Below, in pieces: positions 1 through 9,174 of a stretch of DNA of 64,000 nucleotides (its first letter is position 1; each line of letters starts with the position of its first letter). The notes below the pieces were generated by a model. The model did not search any database and was not told the DNA's origin. It saw only the letters and a program-made list of their open reading frames with translations. The position numbers and the translations under genes are program-made. The DNA is taken from positions 198,349 through 262,348 of the forward strand of contig NZ_JBHFEI010000008.1 in NCBI RefSeq assembly GCF_041928815.1, read 5' to 3'. Origin of the DNA: Ciceribacter sp. sgz301302. Its GTDB lineage: Bacteria > Pseudomonadota > Alphaproteobacteria > Rhizobiales > Rhizobiaceae.

Positions 1-288
1 GATGACGATCGACACCCAGACATTGACGTCGTGCTGCATCAGCGTCGTCACGACGATCGCCGCAAGCCCCGCCACCGAGCCGACCGAGAGGTCGATGCCG
101 GAGATCAGGATCACCATCGTCATGCCGACAGCGATGATGCCGATGATCGTCACCTGGCGGGCGAGATTCGACAGGTTGCGGGCGGTAAAGAAGGAATCGT
201 CGGCGAAACTTAAGCCGACCGCCAGCACGATCAGCGCGATCAGCGTCGCGTTGTTCTTGATGAAGCCGAGAACGGCGTCCTTGTTCAT
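1..288 (-). CDS. Sugar ABC transporter permease (RbsC/XylH-like), N-terminal part; gene continues beyond the window start
   Basis: Reverse-complement translation from ATG at 288 reads MNKDAVLGFIKNNATLIALIVLAVGLSFADDSFFTARNLSNLARQVTIIGIIAVGMTMVILISGIDLSVGSVAGLAAIVV, a typical N-terminus of ribose/xylose-type permeases. ATGA start/stop overlap with the upstream ATPase gene. Confidence 0.75.
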   Translation of the reverse strand, partial: MNKDAVLGFIKNNATLIALIVLAVGLSFADDSFFTARNLSNLARQVTIIGIIAVGMTMVILISGIDLSVGSVAGLAAIVVTTLMQHDVNVWVSIVI

Positions 289-1838
289 GCCCCTTGCCCC
301 CCCTTGGCGCTTCCCGTGGCGTATTCCATGATTTTCTCCTTCGTCGCCTCGTCGCGGGAGAATTCCGAGACGATGCGCCCCTCCGACATGACCAGGATGC
401 GGTCGCTGAGGCCCAGCACCTCCGGCAGTTCCGATGAAATGACGATGACCGCCACGCCCTGATCGGCGAGGCTGTTCAGAAGCTTGTAGATCTCGACCTT
501 GGCGCCGATGTCGATGCCGCGCGTCGGCTCGTCGAGGATGAAGACCCGCGGACCGGCATTGAGCCACTTGCCGAGGATCACCTTCTGCTGGTTGCCGCCC
601 GACAGCGTGCCGATCACCGTGCCGATCGTCGGCGTCTTGACGTTGAGCCGCCTGACGTAGTCGGCCACCATCTCGCGTTCGCGCGCATGGTTGATCACGC
701 CGAGCAGCTTCGAGGACACCGTCTGCAGCGAGCTGATCGTGGTGTTGAAGGTGATCGGCTCGGACAGGAACAGGCCGAGCGCCTTCCTGTCCTCCGTCAG
801 GAGCGCGATGCCGGCATCGATGGCGTCGCGCGGCGATCTGATCGTGAGCTTCTTGCCGTCGAGCACCACGTCCGCGCGGGCCTGGCCCGGATAGGCGCCG
901 AAGATCGCGCCGACCAGTTCCGTCCGCCCGGCGCCCATCAGCCCGGAAATGCCGAGGATCTCGCCCTCATAGGCGACGAAGGACGATTTCTTCACCCGCT
1001 TCTCGCCGGGAAGCGTCGGGTGGTCGACCTCGGCGTCCGTCACCTCGAGGATCTTGCGGCCGCGCGTGGCCTGGCGCACCGGGAACATGTCCTTCAGCTC
1101 ACGGCCGACCATGCGCGCGATGATCTGGTCGAGCGTGATCTCCGCGATGGGGGTGACGTCGCCGATCGTCTGCCCGTCGCGCAGCACGACGATCCGGTCG
1201 GCGATCTGCTGGATCTCCTCCATCTTGTGGGAGATGTAGCACATGCACACGCCGTCCTTCTTCAGCTTGCGGATGATGCGGAAGAGATCGGCGACCTCCT
1301 TGTCGGTCAGCGCCGAGGTCGGCTCGTCGAGGACGAGGATGCGCGCCTTCTTCGACAGCGCCTTGGCGATCTCGACCATCTGCTGCTTGCCGACGGTGAT
1401 GGACGACACCTTGTCGGTCGGGGAGAAATCCCGGATGCCGAGCTCGTCGAGCAGCTTCTTGGTCTCGTGATTGAGCCTGACCCAGTCGATGCGCCCGAGC
1501 GCGTCGGTGTGCTGGCGGTCGAGGAAGATGTTCTCCGCCACCGTCATTTCCGGGATCAGGTTCAGTTCCTGGTAGATGATCGCGACGCCGGCATCCTCGG
1601 CCTGCTTCGTGTTGGCGAACTGCTTCTTCTCGCCGTTGACATAGATGTCGCCGGCATAGGTCGGATACGGCCAGACACCGGAAAGCACCTTCATCAGGGT
1701 GGATTTTCCGGCACCGTTCTCCCCCATCAGCGCGAGCAGCTCGCCGGCCCGCGCTTCGAAGTTCACATGGCTGAGCGCTTTCACGCCAGGGAACTCCTTG
1801 GTGATGTCCACCATCTTCAGTACGATTTCGTTTGACAT
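285..1838 (-). CDS. Sugar ABC transporter ATP-binding protein with two nucleotide-binding domains (RbsA/XylG-type)
   Basis: 538-aa ORF. Internal ATG gives MSNEIVLKMVDITKEFPGVKALSHVNFEARAGELLALMGENGAGKST. Walker A appears twice (GENGAGKST; GLMGAGRTE). ABC signature LSGGNQQK and LSGG-like motifs present. Confidence 0.9.
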   Translation of the reverse strand: MSNEIVLKMVDITKEFPGVKALSHVNFEARAGELLALMGENGAGKSTLMKVLSGVWPYPTYAGDIYVNGEKKQFANTKQAEDAGVAIIYQELNLIPEMTVAENIFLDRQHTDALGRIDWVRLNHETKKLLDELGIRDFSPTDKVSSITVGKQQMVEIAKALSKKARILVLDEPTSALTDKEVADLFRIIRKLKKDGVCMCYISHKMEEIQQIADRIVVLRDGQTIGDVTPIAEITLDQIIARMVGRELKDMFPVRQATRGRKILEVTDAEVDHPTLPGEKRVKKSSFVAYEGEILGISGLMGAGRTELVGAIFGAYPGQARADVVLDGKKLTIRSPRDAIDAGIALLTEDRKALGLFLSEPITFNTTISSLQTVSSKLLGVINHAREREMVADYVRRLNVKTPTIGTVIGTLSGGNQQKVILGKWLNAGPRVFILDEPTRGIDIGAKVEIYKLLNSLADQGVAVIVISSELPEVLGLSDRILVMSEGRIVSEFSRDEATKEKIMEYATGSAKGGQGA

Positions 1839-1980
1839 CGCTGTCGACCCTTCCGGACACGGCTTCCCGCACCGGCGGCCGATGCCGCCGGGGACAAGCA
1901 TGTCTGCGGTGTTTTCTTGTGGAACCGCATGTCCGGGCCGGTCGGCGGGACATGCGGCCGTCTGGCATGGCGCCGGCGGA

Positions 1981-3036
<1,056 letters not shown>

Positions 3037-3208
3037 GAAGAGTCCTCCCGAAGGTTGAAGACGGGCGGTCCGGCCTGTCGGGCCACCCGGGATATCTGCT
3101 CCCGGAACAAACTCTAGCGACGGCTTTTCATGCTTGCCATGTAAATAACAATACAGCATATTCATGTCAGGATGATCATCTCGATGGGGCACGCAGCGGA
3201 GAACGACG

Positions 3209-4396
3209 ATGGCCGGGCATGACGACGGCACTGTCAACGAGCGCGACAAGCGGGCGCAGCAGGCGGCCTATCTGCGGGCGCGGCACAATTTCTCGCAGGA
3301 GCAGATCGGCAGGATGCTGGGCGGCGTCTCCCAGTCGCACGTCTCGCGCCTGCTCGCCCATGCGACCGACATGGGCTGGCTGGTGACGGAACTGCACTTC
3401 AACGACCGCAACGTCTCCGCCGAGGCGATGCGCGAGATCCAGCAGCTGATGGAGCCGCGCCGCCTCGTCGACCGCTTCGAGGAGATCCGCGCCCGCACCG
3501 GCCGCATGACGCCGAATGTGCGCGTCTTCGACAGCGGTTCGGATTCGCCGACGAGCGGCGCCTTCGAGATCCGCATTCGCCGGTTCGGGCGCTCGGCGGC
3601 GGGCCGGCTGGAGGAATTGCTGCGCCAGTGCAGCGCCGTCGGCCTGACCTGGGGCCGCACCGTCAGCGCGCTGATCGACGGGCTCGGCGCCACCCACCGC
3701 CACCACCATCCCGACAGGTCCTTCCTCGTCGCGCCCGTCTGCGCCGAACTGATCACGCTCGCCGCCCCCGACTTCTCCTCCTCGCTGCTCGCCGCGCGCC
3801 TGAACGGGCTCTTCAACGACGGCCAGGGCGAGACGCTGCGGCTCGGCGGCGTGCCGGCCTATATTCCGCGCCGCTACGAGGCGACGAAGGCCCAGGCGAT
3901 TCGGGAATACCTGCTGGACGCTGCCTCCTACCGGAAGATCTTTTCAGGCGAGGCGCCCCTGATCAACCGCATCGACACGATCATCACCAGCGTCGGCTCG
4001 GTCCACAGGCTGCTCGGCGGGGCGATGGAGGAAGTGGTGACGGCGGGCGATATCCCGGCCGCCGAACTGAAGGAACTGATCATCGGCGATATCGGCGGCA
4101 TCCTCATCCCGAAGCGCGGCCTGCCGGAGGACAAGGTCGCGGACGTCGAGGCGCTCAACGCCATGTGGACCGGCATCAGCCGGGAACGCCTGTCGCGGCT
4201 CGCCATGCGCGCCGGCGCCACCGGCGGCGCCGGCGTCATCGTCGCCGCGATCGGCCGGGAACGGGCGGCCATCATCGCGGAACTCATCCGGCTGGAGATG
4301 ATCAACGAACTGATCATCGACTGGGACCTCGCCAATGCCCTTGAAGATCTTCTGTCGCGCGAACGCGAGATGCCGGACGGTCGCAACTCTCGGTGA
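3209..4396 (+). CDS. SorC/DeoR-family sugar-binding transcriptional regulator, divergent from the ABC operon
   Basis: N-terminal HTH (QEQIGRMLGGVSQSHVSRLLAHATDMGWLV) followed by a long putative sugar-binding domain. Placement divergent from the transporter operon is classic. Confidence 0.7.
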   Translation: MAGHDDGTVNERDKRAQQAAYLRARHNFSQEQIGRMLGGVSQSHVSRLLAHATDMGWLVTELHFNDRNVSAEAMREIQQLMEPRRLVDRFEEIRARTGRMTPNVRVFDSGSDSPTSGAFEIRIRRFGRSAAGRLEELLRQCSAVGLTWGRTVSALIDGLGATHRHHHPDRSFLVAPVCAELITLAAPDFSSSLLAARLNGLFNDGQGETLRLGGVPAYIPRRYEATKAQAIREYLLDAASYRKIFSGEAPLINRIDTIITSVGSVHRLLGGAMEEVVTAGDIPAAELKELIIGDIGGILIPKRGLPEDKVADVEALNAMWTGISRERLSRLAMRAGATGGAGVIVAAIGRERAAIIAELIRLEMINELIIDWDLANALEDLLSREREMPDGRNSR

Positions 4397-4960
4397 GCTC
4401 GCAGACGCGTCGACCCGATGCCATGCCCTTCCGCGACGACAGCCTGCCCTGCGCCGCCTGGAAGACGCAGGCCGAACACGCCCCGCCCCTGAAACAGGCG
4501 GCGCTCACCGGCGAGGTTGAGCGGCGTGAGCGGCGCGGCGAAAGGCCGACACGGTCTTCCGACCCGCCGCCACGATATGCACCGGCACGAATGTCGCGGC
4601 GGGGACCGTGCCGGCCTCGGCATGCCGGTGGCGCGGAACGAGGATGTCGCCTTTGCGACCACAGGCGCGACAAAAGCCGGCCGGACTGTCAGAGGGGACC
4701 GGCGGCGGGCCCGGCGGCGATCGTCCGACGTTCACTGGGCAAAGACGCTCAAGACCATCACCGGCATTCCCCCGGCGATGCCGGATCGCGGCATGTCGCA
4801 GGCATTGAAGAAGATGCGGCGCTTCCCTGCCGCGCCTTTATAGCAGTGGCGATACGGCGGTCGATATCGAGCGGGTCGAGGAGGTTTCCCCTGATCCGAG
4901 ATGGGGTGTATGCGCGGCCTCAGGCGGGCCTTCTCACCCTGAGCCGCCGCTCGCGCCCCC

Positions 4961-6289
4961 TCATTCTCCATGCGCGGGATTTCGCGGGTGGGCGGGGGCG
5001 CGGCGATGGCGGTAGTCCTCGTCGATGAGGCGCGCGCCGCGCTGGCGCGTGGCGTAGCGCCAGATCCATTGCAGCGACACCAGCATCCGCTTCTCGAAAT
5101 TGACGAGGAGCAGAACGTGGACGATCGCCCACAAGAGCCAGGCGAAGCGCCCCTTCAGCGTCCAGCGCCCGAAATCGAAGATCGCGGCATTGCGGCCGAT
5201 CACCGCCGTATTGCCGCGATTGTGAAAGCGGAAAAACGGATCGCCGGGGGGCTTGCCCTGAAGCTGCCGCCGGAGTCGGCGGCCGAGATAGGTTCCCTGC
5301 TGCTTGGCGACCTGGGCAAGCGCCGGCAGCGGCTCTCCCGCGCTGTCTGCCGCATGCGCGGTGTCGCCGAGAACGAAGACATCGGGGTGGCCCGGCAGGG
5401 ACAGATCCGCCGAAACCTTGACCCTGCCCTGCCGGTCGGGCGCAACCCCCAGCCAGTCCGCCGCCGGCGAGGCCCGGACACCGGCGGCCCAGACGACGCA
5501 GCCCGCCGGAACAGGCCCTTCCGACGTGACGATCCCATCCTCCCCCACCTCGAGAACCTCGGTTTCCAGCCGGACATCGACGCCGAGATTTTCGAGGAAA
5601 TCCTTGGCATAGGCGGCGAGATTTTCGGGGAAGGCCGGCAGGATGCGCGGTCCGGCCTCGATAAGGACCACGCGGAACGCGGCCGGCGACAGGTTGCGGA
5701 AATCCGAGCCGATCATCGACCGACCGAGCTCCGAGACGGAGCCGGCCATCTCGACGCCGGTCGGCCCGGCACCGACAATGACGAAGGTCAGCGTCTCGCG
5801 CTGCGCGCGGGGATCGCTCATCCGTTCCGCCCGCTCGAAGGCGCTGAGCAGCCGGTGGCGGATCAGGCGGGCCTCGTGCACGGTCTTCAGACCCGGCGCA
5901 TGGTCGCGCCAGTCGTCATGGCCGAAGTAATTGTATTGCGACCCCATCGCCAGCACGAGCGTGTCATAGGAGAGGGACGGCGCATCGCGCATGGACACGG
6001 TCTTCCGGTCGAGGTCGACACCGGTCGCCTCGCCGAGGATGACGGTGACGTTCCTTGCGCGGGCGAGCGTGCGGCGGATGGGCTCGGACACATCCGCCGG
6101 CGAAAGCGCGGCGGTCGCGACCTGGTAGAGCAGCGGCTGGAAGAGATTGTGGTTGCGCCGGTCGATGACCGTCACCTCCGCCGGCGCATTGGCAAGGACC
6201 CGCGCACAGGCAAGACCGGCAAAGCCGGCGCCGACGATGACGATGCGGGGACGCGTCTCGGCAGGGGCGGCCGTCCGGTCTGGAAGCAT
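4961..6289 (-). CDS. ndh: Type II NADH dehydrogenase (NDH-2), FAD-dependent pyridine nucleotide-disulfide oxidoreductase
   Basis: Start MLPDRTAAPAETRPRIVIVGAGFAGLACA (GxGxxG FAD fold), preceded by AAGGAGAA RBS. Second Rossmann motif FVIVGAGPTGVE. C-terminal hydrophobic tail. Confidence 0.85.
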   Translation of the reverse strand: MLPDRTAAPAETRPRIVIVGAGFAGLACARVLANAPAEVTVIDRRNHNLFQPLLYQVATAALSPADVSEPIRRTLARARNVTVILGEATGVDLDRKTVSMRDAPSLSYDTLVLAMGSQYNYFGHDDWRDHAPGLKTVHEARLIRHRLLSAFERAERMSDPRAQRETLTFVIVGAGPTGVEMAGSVSELGRSMIGSDFRNLSPAAFRVVLIEAGPRILPAFPENLAAYAKDFLENLGVDVRLETEVLEVGEDGIVTSEGPVPAGCVVWAAGVRASPAADWLGVAPDRQGRVKVSADLSLPGHPDVFVLGDTAHAADSAGEPLPALAQVAKQQGTYLGRRLRRQLQGKPPGDPFFRFHNRGNTAVIGRNAAIFDFGRWTLKGRFAWLLWAIVHVLLLVNFEKRMLVSLQWIWRYATRQRGARLIDEDYRHRRAPAHPRNPAHGE

Positions 6290-6366
6290 GGTCTCCGTTC
6301 TCCTTCTTTCTCGCATTCTCTGGCCAAACCCGCGCGGGCGGCGGAGGAGGCCCGGCGCATGGACGG

Positions 6367-6404
6367 GCCGTCCTTTGGGCAAGGCAACCGGGCCAAAGGA
6401 CCGT
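6367..6404. promoter_or_regulatory. Inverted repeat (CCGTCCTTTGG ... CCAAAGGACCG) in the divergent ndh / oxidase-cluster control region
   Basis: ~10-11 bp arms separated by ~14 nt, read directly from sequence. Candidate operator. Confidence 0.3.
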
Positions 6405-6717
6405 CAAGACAAGCCCTTGGGTCGATCATCGCGCGTACCACCCATTTTCCCGAACGCGTCTCCGGCACGAAGGTTCTCAAGAAAATCGCTGGGTAGGCCG
6501 AACGCGCCGGCGCGACGAGGCATGGCGCTGCCCCCGCCGTCCGGTCGCGACGCTTTCGGGCCGTACAGGCAGCGAAGGGCGCCTTTCCGGCGGAAAACGC
6601 GATTGGCGATGGACGTGCGGCCGCCGCGACCTATCTCCGGGGGAAACCGGAGCGCGCGGCCTGGGAACGCCAGACAGCGCAAATTCGTCGCGACCAGCGG
6701 AGAGAAAGGGGAGAACG

Positions 6718-7458
6718 ATGCCCGAGCTCGACATCTATTGCGGCCCCGCGCCCGATCCCGCGTCGCTCCTGTCGCGGTGGAACCTCGATCCTCTCGTGCT
6801 CGCGATGCTGGCAATCCTTGCCGTCGCCGCCTGGCACGTCGCACCGGACCGCCGGGCGCGGCTCGTCTCCCTCCTCGGGGTCGGCGTGCTTGTTCTCGCC
6901 TTCGTCTCACCGCTCTGCGCGCTGTCGTCGGCGCTGTTTTCGGCGCGCGTGCTGCACCATGTCCTGCTCGTCGCCGTCGCGGCGCCGCTTCTCGCGGCCT
7001 CGTTCCGGGGGATAGCACCAAGGGTGCCCGCGCCGCGGCTCGCGCTCGCCGTTCACACGCTCCTGTTCTGGGCCTGGCATCTGCCGGCCGCCTATGGCTT
7101 CGCCCTTTCCTCCCATGGCGCCTACTGGCTGATGCAGGTGACGCTGCTCGGCTCGGCGCTCTGGCTCTGGGCCGCAGCCCTCGATGCCCGGACACCGGCC
7201 GGCAGAGCCTGTGCGCTGCTCTTCGCCACGGTGCTGCAGATGGGAATGCTGGCGGCCCTCCTCACGTTTTCCCGCGCTCCGCTCTATGACACCCACATCA
7301 CCACGACGATCGCCTTCGGCATGACGCCGCTCGAGGACCAACAGCTCGCCGGCGTGCTGATGTGGGTGCCGGCGGCAGGCCCCTACCTCGTCGCGGCGCT
7401 CTGGCGCGTGCGGACCCTGCTGTCGCCTGAGGGCGGCCTCGGCGGACGGACGCCATGA
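6718..7458 (+). CDS. Putative cytochrome c oxidase assembly factor CtaG-like membrane protein (Caa3_CtaG family)
   Basis: 246-aa polytopic membrane protein with conserved His/Trp motifs (HHVLLVAVAAP, FWAWHLPAAY) reminiscent of Caa3_CtaG. Strong RBS AAAGGGGAGAA. Sits at the head of a cox cluster. Confidence 0.5.
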   Translation: MPELDIYCGPAPDPASLLSRWNLDPLVLAMLAILAVAAWHVAPDRRARLVSLLGVGVLVLAFVSPLCALSSALFSARVLHHVLLVAVAAPLLAASFRGIAPRVPAPRLALAVHTLLFWAWHLPAAYGFALSSHGAYWLMQVTLLGSALWLWAAALDARTPAGRACALLFATVLQMGMLAALLTFSRAPLYDTHITTTIAFGMTPLEDQQLAGVLMWVPAAGPYLVAALWRVRTLLSPEGGLGGRTP

Positions 7459-7964
7459 CGGGCCTGATCGCGCTTGCCAAGTTCGTGCACATCGCCGCCA
7501 TCGCGCTCTGGGCGGCCGGCATCGTCAGCCTGCCGGGCCTTTACGTGCAGCGCGCCCATGTGCGCGAACGCGATGCGCTGCTGCGCCTGCAACGGCTGGT
7601 CCGCTTCTCCTATATCGCGGTCGTGTCCCCGGCCGCCTTCGTTGCCGTGGCGAGCGGAACGGCGCTGATTTTCCTGCGCCAGACCTTCGAGCCCTGGTTC
7701 TCCGTGAAGCTCGCTTTTGTCGGCCTGCTCGCCGTCATCCATGTCCTGACCGGCCTCGTCGTCATCCGGCTCTTCCGCGAGGGCGAGATCTATCCCGTCT
7801 GGCGCTTCGTCACGGCGACCGTCGTGAGCGGCGGCGTGGTCATCGCCATCATCTTCGTCGTGCTCGCCAAGCCGGCGTTCCACCTTGCCCTCTTCGACGT
7901 GCTGTCCGAGCCGGGCGGCCTCGGCCGCCTTTACGGCGAGGTCAGTCCTTGGGGGAAACCATGA
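7455..7964 (+). CDS. HemJ/CopD-like (UPF0093-type) membrane protein
   Basis: 169-aa, ATGA-coupled to the upstream gene. N-terminal motif FVHIAAIALWAAGIVSLPGLYVQRAH resembles the HemJ/CopD signature (H..A.I.W.AG....LP.L.V). Confidence 0.45.
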   Translation: MTGLIALAKFVHIAAIALWAAGIVSLPGLYVQRAHVRERDALLRLQRLVRFSYIAVVSPAAFVAVASGTALIFLRQTFEPWFSVKLAFVGLLAVIHVLTGLVVIRLFREGEIYPVWRFVTATVVSGGVVIAIIFVVLAKPAFHLALFDVLSEPGGLGRLYGEVSPWGKP

Positions 7965-8442
7965 GGCCGATGCCGTGATCGAAGATGAGCTTGCCGCCAT
8001 GCCAGCCGGCGATCCCCGTCAGCACCGCCGACAGGGCCGAAAGCAGCAGGCCCTGCGGCAGGACGGCGATGAGGTCGGTGGCGCGCAGGCCCCAATTGGT
8101 GCCCATCACCGCGATCAGGGTCATCGCCGCGATCGCATGGGCCCAGCTCGCCGCCCGCGCCCGGATGCCCGGCACGAGCAGCAGCTCTGCCGTGCCGACG
8201 GCACCGGCGGCAAGGCCGAGGAAAAAGGCGCCGCCCGAGGACCACAGTCCGACGCGAAGCCAGAACGGATCGGCCCCCCACCAGTAGAGCAGATCGGCGC
8301 CGAGCGTGGCGAAGACGAAGGCGATCGGGAAATGCACGCTCATCGCATGCAGCGGGTGGCCGCTGATCGCGACGAAAGACTGAACGTCCTTTTCCTCGAC
8401 CTTGCGGATGACCGGATTTTCCGCGTCGCGTGTCTCTTGCAT
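7942..8442 (-). CDS. DUF2231-like small membrane protein
   Basis: Hydrophobic ORF (HPLHAMSVHFPIAFVFATLG...). Internal ATG at 8442 has GAAGGGAGA RBS. 3' end overlaps the convergent upstream gene by ~23 bp. Confidence 0.5.
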   Translation of the reverse strand: MQETRDAENPVIRKVEEKDVQSFVAISGHPLHAMSVHFPIAFVFATLGADLLYWWGADPFWLRVGLWSSGGAFFLGLAAGAVGTAELLLVPGIRARAASWAHAIAAMTLIAVMGTNWGLRATDLIAVLPQGLLLSALSAVLTGIAGWHGGKLIFDHGIGLMVSPKD

Positions 8443-9174
8443 CGGCGATCTCCCTTCGGAACCATAACCCTGCATAATGGCTTAAGGTTCCGCAGCATTG
8501 CGGCCGCGGGCGCGGGGCTCGCGCTCACCGGCTGCGGCGGCGATCTTTCGGCGCTCGATCCGGCCGGGCCCTCCGCCGCCGCCATCGCCGATCTCTGGTG
8601 GCTGATGCTGTGCGGCGGGGCGGCGATCTTCCTTCTCGTGCTCGGGCTTTTCCTTCTTCTTCTTTTCAAACCCGGGTCGGGACGACGGATCGCGCCGTCG
8701 CGCTGGATCTGGGCCGGCGGCGTCGCCTTTCCGCTCGTCACGCTGGTCGCGCTCGTCGGCTACGGGATGGTCCGCGGCGAAGACATCCTCAATCTTCAGG
8801 GCGGCGGGGCTCCGGTCGCGATCGAGGCACGCGGGACAATGTGGCGATGGGAGTTCCGCTACGACGGGGGCGCCCGGGCGAGCCGCGACGTGCTCCACAT
8901 CCCCGCCGGCCGCACCGTCGTCGTGACGGCGACCAGCGACGACGTGATCCACAGTTTCTGGGTGCCGAGGCTCGGCGGCAAGATCGACGCGATCCCCGGC
9001 CATGCCACGACCTTGCGCATTCTCGCCGAGCGGCCCGGCGTCTATGGCGGCATCTGTTCGGAATATTGCGGCACGGGCCACGGGGCGATGCTGTTCACGG
9101 TCGAGGCGCATGCGCCGGATGTCTACGAGGCCGTGCTTGCCGGCCTCGACAATGACGGGGAGCAAAGCCGATGA
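8437..9174 (+). CDS. coxB: Cytochrome c oxidase subunit II (CuA), probable lipoprotein; start codon uncertain (TTG at 8437 proposed)
   Basis: Lipobox LALTGC, two TM helices, cupredoxin domain with CuA ligands (HSFWVPRLGGKIDAIPGH...ICSEYCGTGHGAM). No in-frame ATG upstream of the lipobox, so the start is inferred. Confidence 0.75.
   Translation: MHRRSPFGTITLHNGLRFRSIAAAGAGLALTGCGGDLSALDPAGPSAAAIADLWWLMLCGGAAIFLLVLGLFLLLLFKPGSGRRIAPSRWIWAGGVAFPLVTLVALVGYGMVRGEDILNLQGGGAPVAIEARGTMWRWEFRYDGGARASRDVLHIPAGRTVVVTATSDDVIHSFWVPRLGGKIDAIPGHATTLRILAERPGVYGGICSEYCGTGHGAMLFTVEAHAPDVYEAVLAGLDNDGEQSR

Noticed and set aside
687-1968. Long ORFs antisense or out-of-frame to the ABC ATPase gene (687..1835 +, 1099..1968 -)
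   Set aside because: Arg/Gly/Asp-rich low-complexity translations typical of alternative frames in high-GC DNA. The in-frame ATPase has clear Walker/ABC motifs.
3628-4344. 238-aa Arg/Pro-rich ORF inside the SorC regulator gene
   Set aside because: Alternative frame of a real gene; composition-driven.
4393-5028. 211-aa ORF in the SorC/ndh intergenic gap
   Set aside because: Arg/Pro/Gly-rich, no start context, overlaps ndh 3' end; judged non-coding.
4970-7289. Large antisense ORFs over ndh and its upstream region (4970..6496 +, 6147..7289 +, 6404..7195 -)
   Set aside because: GC-frame artefacts. ndh and ctaG-like genes explain the region.
7885-9174. 429-aa ORF running from inside the HemJ-like gene through coxB
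   Set aside because: Only the distal part (from the lipobox onward) is CoxII. The upstream extension is antisense to the DUF2231-like gene and has no start signal.
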